64,000 nt of DNA from Tubiluchus corallicola. Taxonomy: Eukaryota; Animalia; Priapulida. Below the pieces are notes generated by a model, which saw only the letters and a program-made list of their open reading frames with translations, was not told the origin of the DNA and did not search any database. Location of the stretch: positions 15,888 to 79,887 of the forward strand of contig JAQGDQ010000926.1 in NCBI GenBank assembly GCA_030141605.1, given 5' to 3'. A program made the position numbers and the translations under genes. Shown here in pieces: positions 13,489-26,157 of the stretch. Positions within the stretch are counted from its first letter, which is position 1. The number at the start of each line of letters is the position of its first letter.

Positions 13489-14806
13489 CAGGTGTGCCCA
13501 GATTTTTTTAACTTACCTCACCTGTACAGGTGTGCCCAGATTTTTTTAACTTACCTCGCCTGTACAGGTGTGCCCAGATTTTTTAACTTACCTCGCCTGT
13601 ACAGGTGTGCCCAGATATTTTAACTTACCTCACCTGTACAGGTATGCCCAGATTTTTTAACTTACCTCACCCGTAGAGGTGTGCCCAGATTTTTTTAACT
13701 TACCTCACCTGTACAGGTGTGCCCAGATTTTTTAACTTACCTCGCCTGTACAGGTGTGCCCAGATATTTTAACTTACCTCGCCTGTACAGGTGTGCCCAG
13801 ATTTTTTTAACTTACCTCGCCTGTACAGGTGTGCCCAGATTTTTTTAACTTACCTCGCCTGTACAGGTGTGCCCAGATTTTTTAACTTACCTCACCCGTA
13901 GAGGTGTGCCCAGATTTTTTAACTTACCTCACCTGTACAGGTGTGCCCAGATTTTTTAACTTACCTCACCTGTACAGGTGTGCCCAGATTTTTTTAACCT
14001 ACCTCGCCTGTACAGGTGTGCCCAGATTTTTTTAACCTACCTCATCTGTACAGGTGTGCCCAGATTTTTTTAACCTACCTCATCTGTACAGGTGTGCCCA
14101 GATTTTTTAACCTACCTCGCCTGTAGAGGTGTGCCCAGATTTTTTAACTTACCTCACCCGTAGAGGTGTGCCCAGATTTTTTAACTTACCTCACCTGTAC
14201 AGGTGTGCCCAGATTTTTTTAACCTACCTCGCCTGTACAGGTGTGCCCAGATTTTTTTAACCTACCTCATCTGTACAGGTGTGCCCAGATTTTTTTAACC
14301 TACCTCATCTGTACAGGTGTGCCCAGATTTTTTAACTTACCTCACCTGTACAGGTGTGCCCAGATTTTTTTAACTTGCCTCGCCTGTACAGGTGTGCCCA
14401 GATTTTTTAACTTACCTCACCCGTAGAGGTGTGCCCAGATTTTTTAACCTACCTCACCTGTACAGGTGTGCCCAGATTTTTTTAACCTACCTCACCTGTA
14501 CAGGTGTGCCCAGATTTTTTTAACCTACCTCACCTGTACAGGTGTGCCCAGATTTTTTAACTTACCTCACCCGTAGAGGTGTGCCCAGATTTTTTAACTT
14601 ACCTCACCTGTACAGGTGTGCCCAGATTTTTTAACTTACCTCACCTGTACAGGTATGCCCAGATTTTTTTAACTTACCTCGCCTGTACAGATGTGCCCAG
14701 ATTTTTTTAACCTACCTCGCCTGTACAGGTGTGCCCAGATTTTTTTAACTTACCTCATCTGTACAGGTGTGCCCAGATTTTTTTAACTTACCTCACCTGT
14801 ACAGGT
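13489..14806. repeat. Minisatellite, 37-39-bp unit, ~35 copies
   Basis: CAGGTGTGCCCAGATTTTTTAACTTACCTCACCTGTA. Confidence 0.95.
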
Positions 14807-15497
14807 ATCTACCACACCTGCAGGTATCTACCACACCTATTTGATGAATGTTGTCGTAATTGCCAGCATCCCATACCTGTGTTCCTAACACGTACCTGAT
14901 GTTCCCCGACGCAGTTTTTTAAATTTTTAATCTGCTAAGTGCCACTCCCCCGGTGCGGGATAGATTGCATCTGTATTTCTACTCGTATGGTTCTTCGGGC
15001 ACTTGATATGTTTGTTAACCTTTAGTTGCTATTTCTCGTGTCCGAGTGACCAAATCCGAAATTGCCCGAAGCTTACATAAGCGTTGAGAAAGTAATTACG
15101 TATCCTTGAGAATTTTTAACAACTGACCAGGTTAAACAAGGTTAAAGAGTCTTATTTTTTATGTCAAAACATTTCTTAATTAAATTGGTATGCGCCATTT
15201 TAGATATATGATAGTGATATGGTAGACTAAGTTACTATTGGAAATCCATTTCAATTAGTTTGATAGGTTTATCAAGATTTAGTTTTATCAAACTATATAA
15301 ATTATTTGTTCATTTTTTATTTTGTAACTATTTTGTAGATTGTAATTGCCAACAAATTGAGAGTTTAAAATGAAGCTTATTTTTCGTATGTAATCATATC
15401 ATACAGAATTAGTTCCTTAAGTTCATATCAGTATAGAAACACATGTAAAATAAAAGTTACTTGGTCCAGTGGTTCACACAATACCTTCTAAAAGCTT

Positions 15498-16362
15498 AAC
15501 CGGTTAATTGTGCATTCAGACTAGCGAGATTTCTTACCAAGTAACTCACAAACCACTTAATGGTGCATTCAGACTAGTGAGATTTCGTACCAAGTAACTT
15601 GGTGCATTCAGACTAGCGAGATTTCTTACCAAGTAACTCGCAAACCAGTTAATGGTGCATTCAGACTAGCGAGATTTCTTTCCAAGTAACTCACAAACCA
15701 CTTAATGGTGCATTCAGACTGGCGAGATTTCTTACCAAGTAACTCACAAACCAATTAATGGTGCATTCAGACTAGCGAGATTTCTTACGAAGTAACTCGC
15801 AAACCAGTTAATGGTGCATTCAGACTAGCGAGATTTCTTACCAAGTAACTCGCAGACCAGTTAATGGTGCATTCAGACTGGCGAGATTTCTTACCAAGTA
15901 ACTCACAAACCAGTTAATGGTGCATTTAGACTGGCGAGATTTCTTACCAAGTAACTCACAAACCAGTTAATGGTGCATTCAGACTAGCGAGATTTCTTAC
16001 CAAGTAACTCACAAACCAGTTAATGGTGCATTCAGACTGGCGAGATTTCTCACCAAGTAACTCGCAAACCAGTTAATGGTGCATTCAGACTAGCGAGATT
16101 TCTTACCAAGTAACTCGCAAGGGTGTTCATCCTAGAGAGAAAAACTCGCTGCAAGTTACTCTCCGACAGCCACTTGACACGTGTCGAGAGTAACTCTCTG
16201 AGGCGTTCACACTAAACAGTAAACCAACTCGAAGCAACTGTCGGAGAGTTTTCATGAACTTGCTGACCGCAACTCACGTAGCTGTTCACACTTATGTTTT
16301 TGCCGTCAAAGTGGACCCCCCCCCTACAGAAAACTTGCAAGTCTGAAGTGTGAATGCGCCCT
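15498..16362 (+). mobile_element. PIF/Harbinger-like MITE with its left end amplified as a 53-bp array (~12 copies, 15498-16120)
   Basis: Unit contains TAA-TGGTGCATTCAGACTAGCGAG; the body after the array aligns by eye to 41164-41552. Confidence 0.7.
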
Positions 16363-17033
16363 GACTGTAAGAATGCATGATTTATGCCATTAGTTACTGT
16401 CAAACTGAACTTGTACCGGGCACTTGTACTTTAATATCATGTTCACTTATAAATACTGGCAAGATTGGTTGAACTGTGCACTTACTACTTTTGCTTCCCA
16501 TTATTTGCAAGCAGCTAAAGGTAAACCCTCAACCATTCCCAAGCCTAGGACACCACCTGGCAAAGGTAGACAATTTTTAGAGAGCATGTTACTCATATTT
16601 AGAAATTGCACTATTAAAATGATCAGTAGAAAAGTGAATCGGCGTACTTCGTGCAAATTTCGATTTTTGTTTTGAACATTTTGAAATTTTATATGTTTTG
16701 AACGTGTTGATGTATGTTTCAATTTTTTTTTGTTTTAGGATTACTAATATAAAATTTTGTATTTAATAAGATTTTAGCAGCCTTTGATTTTGTAGTACTG
16801 TAGAATATAGAATGTTGTAGAATGTAGAATATAGAATGTTGTAGAATGTAGAATAGTGACATATAATACACAATTAAATTTGTTTCCAAAATATATTTTT
16901 TGTAGTAATTGAGCCAAAAGTATAGAGCTTTCTTTTTTTAAGATTTTGAGTGATAATGCCCAAAACTAATTTTATTCATGCAAAGTATTTTACGTTGAAA
17001 ATGAGTGTTGATGTGATTTTTTTACTGCATGAT

Positions 17034-17553
17034 GTTCAAGTTTTGCACTAGATGGCGCTGTTTATGGACTGTAAACGGTCTGGTTGTTCAAGTTTTGCAC
17101 TAGATGTCGCTGTTTATGAACTGTAAACAGTCTGGTTGTTCAAGTTTTGCACTAGATGTCGCTGTTTATGGACTGTAAACAGTCCGGTTGTTCAAGTTTT
17201 GCACTAGATGGCGCTGTTTATGAACTGTAAACAGTCTGGTTGTTCAAGTTTTGCACTAGATGGCGCTGTTTATGGACTGTAAACGGTCTGGTTGTTCAAG
17301 TTTTGCACTAGATGGCACTGTTTATGGACTGTAAACAGTCTGGTTGTTCAAGTTTTGCACTAGATGGTGCTGTTTATGAACTGTAAACGGTCTGGTTGTT
17401 CAAGTTTTGCACTAGATGTCGCTGTTTATGAACTGTAAACAGTCTGGTTGTTCAAGTTTTGCACTACATGGCGCTGTTTATGAACTGTAAACAGTCTGGT
17501 TGTTCAAGTTTTGCACTACATGGCGCTGTTTATGAACTGTAAACAGTCTGGTT
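17034..17553. repeat. Minisatellite, 52-bp unit, 10 copies
   Basis: GTTCAAGTTTTGCACTAGATGGCGCTGTTTATGGACTGTAAACGGTCTGGTT. Confidence 0.95.
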
Positions 17554-18309
17554 ATCTTTGTCTTTCAGGTTGTGATATCTTTCATATCTAACCTTGAGCT
17601 TGTAAAATAAATTCTATTTCTATTTTAGTTTTTAGTTCTTTTTCATTGTAGTTAAAAGTACTATCCCAATACTGTCATCTTTTTTATACTAAATACTTAG
17701 TCTATTCTATGTCTGTGAGTAATTGGATATTTGACTTAGTATGAACCTCAACTCTCATTTTTGCCACATCTTAATTGGGCTATTATCAGCTTATTGCTAC
17801 ACATTAATATCTGCACATTTGTTTTTTTACGACACATTTTTTTGGGCAATAGGTGGGCGCATCATGGAAACCTTGTTACCTAGTATGAAAATTTGTGTTT
17901 ATTGTTATAAATTAGTAACTATAATGTTGAGTTTGGTTGTATAGGAACTAATGTCTACGGAAGGCGATCGCAATCTTCTAGTGGAGGTATTACAGTAACT
18001 AGTAACTGAATTTATAGCATGTTACCAAAGCACGATTGTTGTTCATTCACTTGAGTGTTTACTCCTAGATGGCACCACTTGGTTTCTGTTTCATTGTGAT
18101 CTCACCATGTTAGTTTTATTCTTTTTGTATAGCAACATCCAGAACACTTTTGCTGCTGTTTCAGTGTTTCTTAACTTGCAGTAAAAGAGTCATTTTTTTA
18201 AATGGTAAAATGGTGTGCTTTGCTTGAGTTACATAAATTTAGTACGTCATTTTTTCAAGAATACGAAGCTGCTGTTATTATTCACCTGTTTCTTTCTTTC
18301 TCACTCGGC

Positions 18310-18387
18310 CTCTCTTTCTCACCCAGTCTCTCCCTCTCTTTTCTCTCTCTCTCTCCTCTCTCTCTTTCTCACCCAGTCTCTCCCTCT

Positions 18388-18447
<60 letters not shown>

Positions 18448-18516
18448 TCCCTCTCCCTCTCCCTCTCCCTCTCCCTCTCCCTCTCTCTCTCTCTGTCTCT
18501 CTCTCTCTCTCTCTCT

Positions 18517-18548
<32 letters not shown>

Positions 18549-18549
18549 C
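18310..18549. repeat. (CT)n microsatellite
   Basis: Directly visible. Confidence 0.95.
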
Positions 18550-18721
18550 GTCAGAATGTTGTTTTGTTGCTTGTCACTTTTTTCATATCCGGAACTGTTT
18601 TCTGCACCATTAAATCTGCACAAATTTGTTGCCTGTCCATGTTCACATCATCGTTGTCGTCATTTCTTCTCAGTTTGCCGTCTCTGTAACTTTATACACA
18701 CGTAACTGTAGAGCTTATATC

Positions 18722-18878
18722 TGCACTGTGTGATTATTCCTTTTCACTGTTGTCATTTTTGCATTGTGTGATAATTCCTTTTCACTGTTGTCATTTTTGC
18801 ACTGTGTGATTATTCCTTTTCACTGTTGCCATTTTTGCATTGTGTGATGATTCCTTTTCACTGTTGTCGTTTTTGCAT
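18722..18878. repeat. Minisatellite, 39-bp unit, 4 copies
   Basis: TGCACTGTGTGATTATTCCTTTTCACTGTTGTCATTTT. Confidence 0.88.
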
Positions 18879-19063
18879 TTCTGACCTCCGTCTTGTAAGC
18901 ACACGAAGCGTACAGTTTCATTTTTTTAGATTTAGATTTAATATTTTATTTCAAAGTTCTTTTACCGCTGAGTTATAATAATTGCAAGAGAGACTTGTTT
19001 ACCGGTTGTGATGTTGTTTGTTCTTATACGTCTAAAGTTAATTAACTGTTGTCTGTTTTTCAG

Positions 19064-19128
19064 CACCTGCAGGGGCAGTTGACGAGGACCTGTTCTTTAG
19101 ATCATTTGAGGAAGTACCAAAGATCCAG
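19064..19128 (+). CDS. CLASP: CLASP exon (PAGAVDEDLFFRSFEEVPKIQ)
   Basis: Matches the conserved CLASP GAVDEEDF..AF.DVP motif; canonical AG/GT. Confidence 0.92.
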
Positions 19129-19143
19129 GTAAATGAAAATGTA

Positions 19144-19472
19144 CTGGGTGGCACAGAAAAAACATGCCAAAATTTACACAGCAATAACATTAGAAGAAAG
19201 TGCCATGCAAAGTCAAGATTTCACAATGATATTACAATTATAAGGAATGTGTGAAACTACCTTAACTGTGCTGTTTAAGCACAAGAAAACACACTTCCTA
19301 AATAAAGCTTAAAAAATTTGTCTTGAAATTTTATAATACATAATTGCTGTCTTATTGCATGTAGAGCTTGTATTAGTTTTGAGAGGCTTTATACACAAGC
19401 GTCTGTAACAGTGCAGTAATTTTCAATGCAACTTCATTATTTTCTTATAAGACCCTGATTTGTGCCACCTGA
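19144..19472. mobile_element. Degraded Tc1/mariner-like MITE
   Basis: TA flanks; imperfect TIR (GGTGGCACA/TGTGCCACC). Interior resembles ~6645-6760. Confidence 0.45.
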
Positions 19473-19647
19473 TATATTTAGTTTGTTTGTTCTGTAAGAA
19501 ATAATTGTAATAGACATAGTTAATTAGCTTTTATAAAGTGTTAGTTTCCACTATGAGATGTTATCATGCATTTGTTTAATTTTCATATTTAATTTAACTG
19601 TGTTCATAGCCGTGCATGCTTGTTCATCTGTCCATCCGTTTCTTTAA

Positions 19648-20110
19648 TCCTTTCAGTCCCAAATTATTTTTTCAATTAGAAAATTTTTTTTTTGGCTTGG
19701 TGCTTTTGTTCAGTATGTCCATCTTGTTTACACATAATAATTATTTTTTTTCTACCTGTGCCCGCGTGCTAAATATAGCCTGTATCCCACGGGATACATT
19801 GGGATTCAATGGAAGCATAAAATGTGCTTCATTTTGCAACTGCTGATAATTTTTTAAAGTATTTAAGACATTTAGTATGTATGCTATGCTGATCTGTACA
19901 AAGTCGTCTCTAAAGTACTGTACCTTGCGCAGTTTTTTATGCCATGTAGATTTTCTAGTTTGCCATTTTATCACCATTTTTAGTCTATTGTTATTGGCTT
20001 AATTCAAAATAACTATTAACAGATCAAATAACTGTCAGTTTTAAAATTTTATTAATTTTAAAGGCAGAAAATATTCTCGTATCCCACGGGATACAACGGG
20101 TACGAAAGGG
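19648..20110 (-). mobile_element. piggyBac-like MITE family A, copy 2
   Basis: Reverse complement of copy 1; TTAA flanks. Confidence 0.85.
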
Positions 20111-20209
20111 TTAATCGTTTGTTCTTTCATTTTTTTTAATTTTTTGTTTGTTTGCTGATTTGCTTGTTTGTAAAGTGTGGCAGATGGTAAACAGAGTTTG
20201 CTTTCCCAG

Positions 20210-20302
20210 GTATTCAGTGGAAAGGAAATGGAGGACGGGATGTCAAGGATACGAGAGATCCTCAATGACGACAAAATCGACTGGGAGAAGCGAGTAGACG
20301 CT
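20210..20302 (+). CDS. CLASP: CLASP exon, TOG2 start (VFSGKEM...DDKIDWEKRVDA)
   Basis: DWE.R motif of TOG2 HEAT A; 93 nt, phase 0-0. Confidence 0.95.
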
Positions 20303-20339
20303 GTAAGTCTTCCTGGATGTAATATTCCTTGCATTAGGC

Positions 20340-20799
20340 CAGGGGTGTGCAAATTGCGGCCCACGAAGAGATTTGTCAACCTAATGAAAGTGCGGCCCGG
20401 GCGATTAATTGAGTGTATCCAGCTGAAGTCCATGCCAGGATCCCAAAGATAGTGCGGGTAGTTTTTTCTACTAGATCGGATGCCATTAACCCTTACAAGA
20501 TGGTTGTAGCTTAATGTCACTGTACTACACAGACTGTGTGATACACATTACTAATATGCATTGTAATGAAATTACCACTATCTGTCCTGAAAGTAGAAAT
20601 ATATGGTTTGTAATATAAATTTTAATAAATTCTAAAATAGTTTCTTGAGTGTAGTAGTAATGATGTACGCAGGTCGAATGCGAAAACATCATTATTAGGC
20701 CTTTCTGTACTTGGCTCCTTGATCAAACTGCATGTGGCCCACAGGAATTGCGGGAAAATTTAATGTGGCCCGGCTAGTCAGATAATTTGCACACTCCTG
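20340..20799 (+). mobile_element. hAT MITE family B, copy 1
   Basis: TIR CAGGGGTGTGCAAATT; degenerate 8-bp TSD CATTAGGC/TACTAGGC. Confidence 0.85.
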
Positions 20800-21009
20800 T
20801 ACTAGGCCATTTAATTTTTTTACTTACAATGGCAAGAAGTCAGCAGAGTGCTTAATTAAGATTGCGCAAAATCTGTCCACCAGGCTTCCACGTCTGACAT
20901 TATCAATTATTTTAAATGTGCCGAACAAATTAGTTGGAGAGCCGCCCATTCTGTTTCATCTTATCTGCGTGTTGCTTGTCGTGAGTTCCGAATAAAAGAG
21001 AGGCGATTG

Positions 21010-21510
21010 CAGGGATGAGGATTTTCCGCGGATATGCAGAATTCCGAGTTTTTGGAAGACCAGTAGTGCCATTTTTGTAAATCGTGTAAATTCGTTGACT
21101 AAATTTTTACGGACCCAGTACATTATTTCACAAGCTGACCGCTAGGTGGCAGGCCGTCACTTTGTTTACATCACGTACATCAGTGTAACCACGTGTATAT
21201 CTCTATATATAAAAATATAGAATCAATTGTGCGGAGTTATTTGAGTCAATTGCAGACAGTTTTTATATACTTTTGCATAAGAGCGCCCAGTACTTAGACG
21301 TTTTTGAGACAATTAGGTATCATGTATCCTTGATAGTTGGGTATTTTAAATTATACATGAAACAAGGCAATTGATATTTTAAGTCCACTTAGAGGCTCTC
21401 TATGGTCACAAAATTGCAATTTGTTGCTGGCTCCAAGGGGTTTCCCCCCCCCTCGAACCCCCATGGGGGCCTGTTTCAGAGTTTTTTGCAATTTGTCATT
21501 CTCATCCCTG
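21010..21510 (+). mobile_element. hAT-like MITE family C, copy 1
   Basis: TIR CAGGGATGAG...CTCATCCCTG; TSD GGCGATTG/GGCAATTG. Confidence 0.82.
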
Positions 21511-21703
21511 GGCAATTGTTGCTGTCAGAAAAGCTGGACTTGTTGCGTAGTTTTATTGGAGAAGGGCAGTAGCGCCTGAAGCTGTCAACTAAAAACTCAG
21601 TTTTCCAATTAGGCCTGTCCGTCACACGGAGCTGTAAGCGGCTTAATAGCATTTATGTTGAGAGCGCCACTACGAACATGTAACCATTTCCTCTTTGTTT
21701 CAG

Positions 21704-21849
21704 TTAAAGCGAGTCAGGTCCATCATGATAGGCGGCGGTCTAGATTTCGACGACTTTCCTAAAGAATTGAGGCTGCTGGAGGCTCCATTCTGCCTGTGCG
21801 TGAAAGACTTGCGATCACAGGTTGTGCGGGAGAGTTGCATAACGATTGC
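21704..21849 (+). CDS. CLASP: CLASP exon, TOG2 (LKRVRS...KDLRSQVVRESCITI)
   Basis: Hallmark KDLRSQVVRE.CIT; canonical sites. Confidence 0.96.
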
Positions 21850-21889
21850 GTAAGTATAGACAGGAGAAAGTAACTGTTGCAAGAGCAGC

Positions 21890-22370
21890 AACATCATTAC
21901 CATCACCGGCATCATCAACATTTTCATTGTCACCATCATTGGCATCATCATCATTGTCATCATCATCATCATCATCATCTCTATCATTATCATTATCATC
22001 ATTGCCATTCGTCATTTTCATCATCGTCAACATTTTCATCGTCACAATCATTGGCATCATCATCATTGTCATCATCATCATCATCATCTCTATCATCATC
22101 ATTATCATCACTGCCATTCGTCATTTTCATCATCAGTGTCATCATCATCATTGTCATCATCATCATCATCATCTCTATCATCATCATTGTCATTCGTCAT
22201 TTTCATCATCGTCAACATTGTTTTCATCATCGTCATCATAATCATCATTATCATCATCAATGTCTTTGTCACTGCACAGTTTTTTGCTTTATCTTGGTCA
22301 CTACAATAGGATTATCACCTTCATCACCACCACCACCATCGTCATCATCATCATCATCATCATAGTCATT
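21890..22370. repeat. Degenerate (CAT)n repeat
   Basis: Directly visible; source of poly-H/S/I/M ORFs. Confidence 0.92.
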
Positions 22371-22595
22371 ATTTCATTATTTCATCTCCATATTGCATTT
22401 TCTTTCGCAACTCACAATAGCATGTCGTCTCATCTTATTTCACAAGTTGGTAAAACAATTTGCACAGGTTTCAATGTTTCATTACGTTATGTAACTAATG
22501 TTTATTGAGCATGCAACATAAAGAAATAAAAACATTGATCCTGTGCATAGGATGGAGCGATTCAAACGTAGTAGGAACGATAATACCAAAAAAAC

Positions 22596-23590
22596 AACAC
22601 AATACTAACAAATCCACAATGATAATAAAAGCACAATTATAAAAAAAGCACAATACTAACAAATCCACAATGATAATAACAGCACAATTATAAAAAAGCA
22701 CAATACTAACAAATCCACAATGATAATAAAAGCACAATTATAAAAAAAGCGCAATACTAACAAATCCAAAATGATAATAAAAGCACAATTATAAAAAAAC
22801 CACAATACTAACAAATCCACCATGATAATAAAAGCGCAATACTAACAATGTTGTTGTGGATTTGTTAGTATTGTGCTTTTTTTATAATTGTGCTTTTATT
22901 AAAAATCACAATTATAACAAAAGCACAATAATAACGTAAAACAACAATAGTAAGAACACATTTTGTGGGTTGTGAGTTCAAATTGAAGTTATTTACTGTC
23001 CTGTTTCTCTTCCCTTTTCTTGCTGATGTTGTATATAAACTTTATTACTATAAAAAAAGCACAATACTAACAAAACCACAATACTAACAAAAGCACAATA
23101 ACACACAAAAACAACAATAGTAAAAACACATTTTGTGGGCTGCGAGTTCAAATTGAAGTTATTTACTGTCCTGTTTCTCTTCCCTTTTCTTGCTGATGTT
23201 GTATATAAACTTTATTACTATAAAAAAAGCACAATACTAACAAAACCACAATACTAACAAAAGCACAATACTAACAAAACCACAATACTAACAAAAGCAC
23301 AATAACACACAAAAACAACAATAGTAAAAACACATTTTGTGGGCTGCGAGTTCAAATTGAAGTTATTTACTGTCCTGTTTCTCTTCCCTTTTCTTGCTGA
23401 TGTCGTATATAAACTTTATTACTATAAAAAAAGCACAATACTAACAAAACCACAATACTAACAGAAGCACAATAACACAAAAACAACAATAGTAAAAACA
23501 CATTTTGTGGGCTGCGAGTTCAAATTGAAGTTATTTACTGTCCTGTTTCTCTTCCCTTTTCTTGCTGATGTCGTATATAAACTTTATTAC
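22596..23590. repeat. Compound repeat: ~51-bp units, one inverted copy, then 4 units of ~170-200 bp
   Basis: CAATACTAACAAATCCACAATGATAATAAAAGCAC units; longer units contain GAGTTCAAATTGAAG...CCCTTTTCTTGCTG. Confidence 0.88.
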
Positions 23591-23619
23591 CAAGTTTCTC
23601 ATCTCTACATCATTTAGGC

Positions 23620-24095
23620 CAGTGGTTCCCAAAGTAGGGGTAAATTACCCCCCGGGGGTAATATGTTTTTTTTGGGGGGTAACGGGCACCCCTCTGAAAA
23701 TTTTTAAAACTTCGCTCGGAATGCATTTTACGTAGTTTTCTCCTTGAAGAGACTGCCTCCGGCAGGCAACACTGTGTCATGGGGTCCATCATTCGCACGT
23801 TCCCACGAGATCTGGTGCGATCCTAGGGAGCAGTCAAAGTTCACGATCGTTTCTTTGGTTTCTTCTCTATCGACATTTCTGCACAGCGTTTAGACTTTAG
23901 AGTTTAGAACAATACAACAACAACACCTAGAAATTTATTTATGTCACGAGCAAACATAAATAATTTTGCTTGCTTGTGGCATATACGTGTGTTTACTTTT
24001 TGAGTTGGAGAAGTAGTACTAGGTGGGGGGGGGGTAATGGACACGACCGGGTTTCCCGATTTGGGTAACGGTCCGAGAAAGTTTGGGAACCACTG
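23620..24095. mobile_element. hAT (Charlie-like) MITE
   Basis: TIR CAGTGGTTCCCAAA; perfect TSD ATTTAGGC. Confidence 0.88.
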
Positions 24096-24306
24096 ATTTA
24101 GGCCATTAATAAACATAACCTGTTTCACTTACAGACATTTCTGCAAACGGAGGAAATATTTTTAGACTATTTTCAGATACAAGTTTTCTCTCATTTTGAT
24201 AAGCAGGACGTGTCACACAAAAATGCATTTAATCTTCCACTTGATTCATCTCACACATTTTACATATTCTTTGGCGAGCAGATATTTTTGATACCTTCCC
24301 TTCTCA

Positions 24307-25257
24307 ATATCCAATGTATTAATGAAAAGTTGGTATATCCAATGTATTAATGAGAAGTTGGTATATCCAATGTATTAATGAGAAGTTGGTATATCCAATG
24401 TATTAATGAGAAGTTGGTATATCCAATGTATTAATGAGAAGTTGGTATATCCAATGTATTAATGAGAAGTTGGTATATCCAATGTATTAATGAGAAGTTG
24501 GTATATCAATGTATTAATGAGAAGTTGGTATATCCAATGTATTAATGAGAAGTTGGTATATCCAATGTATTAATGAGAAGTTGGTATATCCAATGTATTA
24601 ATGAGAAGTTGGTATATCCAATGTATTAATGAGAAGTTGGTATATCCAATGTATTAATGAGAAGTTGGTATATCCAATGTATTAATGAGAAGCTGGTATA
24701 TCCAATGTATTAATGAGAAGTTGGTATATCCAATGTATTAATGAGAAGTTGGTATATCCAATGTATTAATGAGAAGTTGGTATATCCAATGTATTAATGA
24801 GAAGTTGGTATATCCAATGTATTAATGAGAAGTTGGTATATCCAATGTATTAATGAGAAGCTGGTATATCCAATGTATTAATGAGAAGTTGGTATATCCA
24901 GTGTATTAATGAGAAGTTGGTATATCTAATGTATTAATGAGAAGTTGGTATATCCAATGTATTAATGAGAAGTTGGTATATCCAATGTATTAATGAGAAG
25001 CTGGTATATCCAATGTATTAATGAGAAGCTGGTATATCCAATGTATTAATGAGAAGTTGGTATATCCAGTGTATTAATGAGAAGTTGGTATATCTAATGT
25101 ATTAATGAGAAGTTGGTATATCCAATGTATTAATGAGAAGTTGGTATATCCAATGTATTAATGAGAAGTTGGTATATCCAATGTATTAATGAGAAGCTGG
25201 TATATCCAATGTATTAATGAGAAGCTGGTATATCCAATGTATTAATGAGAAGTTGGT
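24307..25257. repeat. Minisatellite, 28-bp unit, ~34 copies
   Basis: ATATCCAATGTATTAATGAGAAGTTGGT. Confidence 0.95.
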
Positions 25258-26015
25258 ACGTGTTATGACTGTGTTTGATGGTTAACAATACCAAAGGTGA
25301 CAGAGTTTTGAAAAGCACAACGTGTAAACTTTTCACATAGTAGGCTCAATTTTGGATTATTTTTGCTTGATGCAAAATGTACATGCAGAAAACTATACTG
25401 GGTGTTTTTAGTTGTCGATTTTCTAAAAATGTTGAGCATAACACAAGCCAGAATGCAGCATTCAGTTGCAGGGTTTCGTATTAAACCTGACTAGTCATAT
25501 GGCTAGGTAATTACCAAGGAAGCAATGCAGGTAGTCGTTGATCTACGATCTACGCATCTTGCGACTGTTCAATTTTACGACCCGATGACCACTCAATTAG
25601 TTAATTATACAAAACTAATTGTAACTCTTATTTCCTTCCATTTTTTCAGCAAATTAATTTTAATTCGTTATCTATTTCGATAAAATTCATCCGCAGGCAC
25701 TGCCATACTTAGTGTGCGTACACACCCAATGTCTTGTGTGCAGGGGCACACCATATGCACGTTAGAGGTCCGTAAAAGACTGTCGTCATAAGACTACCTG
25801 TATGGCGAACGATGTCAGCCAAAAGCAGTTTTCTAGACCTCCATCCATTTAACGACCAGGCTCAGTGTCACTTAATTTCCTCACATGACCACACAGATAT
25901 TTCCCTTACAAGAAAAGTATGACAATATTATGTCAATAAAAAACCCCGTCCGTTTTTTTATTACTAAAGCTTATTTTTAATTTATTATTTATTCCTTTTT
26001 TACTTCTTTGTGTAG

Positions 26016-26151
26016 GTTTTTAGCAACACAAATGGGTAACAAGTTTGACCACTTCGCCGACGCCCTTTTTTCCAGTTTAGTCGCCCTAATACCGAACAGC
26101 GCAAAGGTGATGGCTTCATCGGGAGTCATCGCGCTCAGGTTCATCATACAG
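26016..26151 (+). CDS. CLASP: CLASP exon, TOG2 (FLATQMGNKFDHFA...IPNSAKVMASSG...RFIIQ)
   Basis: GNKFDH and PNSAKVMA motifs; phases fit. Confidence 0.96.
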
Positions 26152-26157
26152 GTAAGC

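Noticed and set aside
21700-22508. Poly-His/Met/Ser ORFs (also 53834-54810)
   Set aside because: Translations of trinucleotide repeats.
24307-25257. CRISPR-like appearance of this and other arrays
   Set aside because: Head-to-tail units with no unique spacers, no cas genes, eukaryotic intron.
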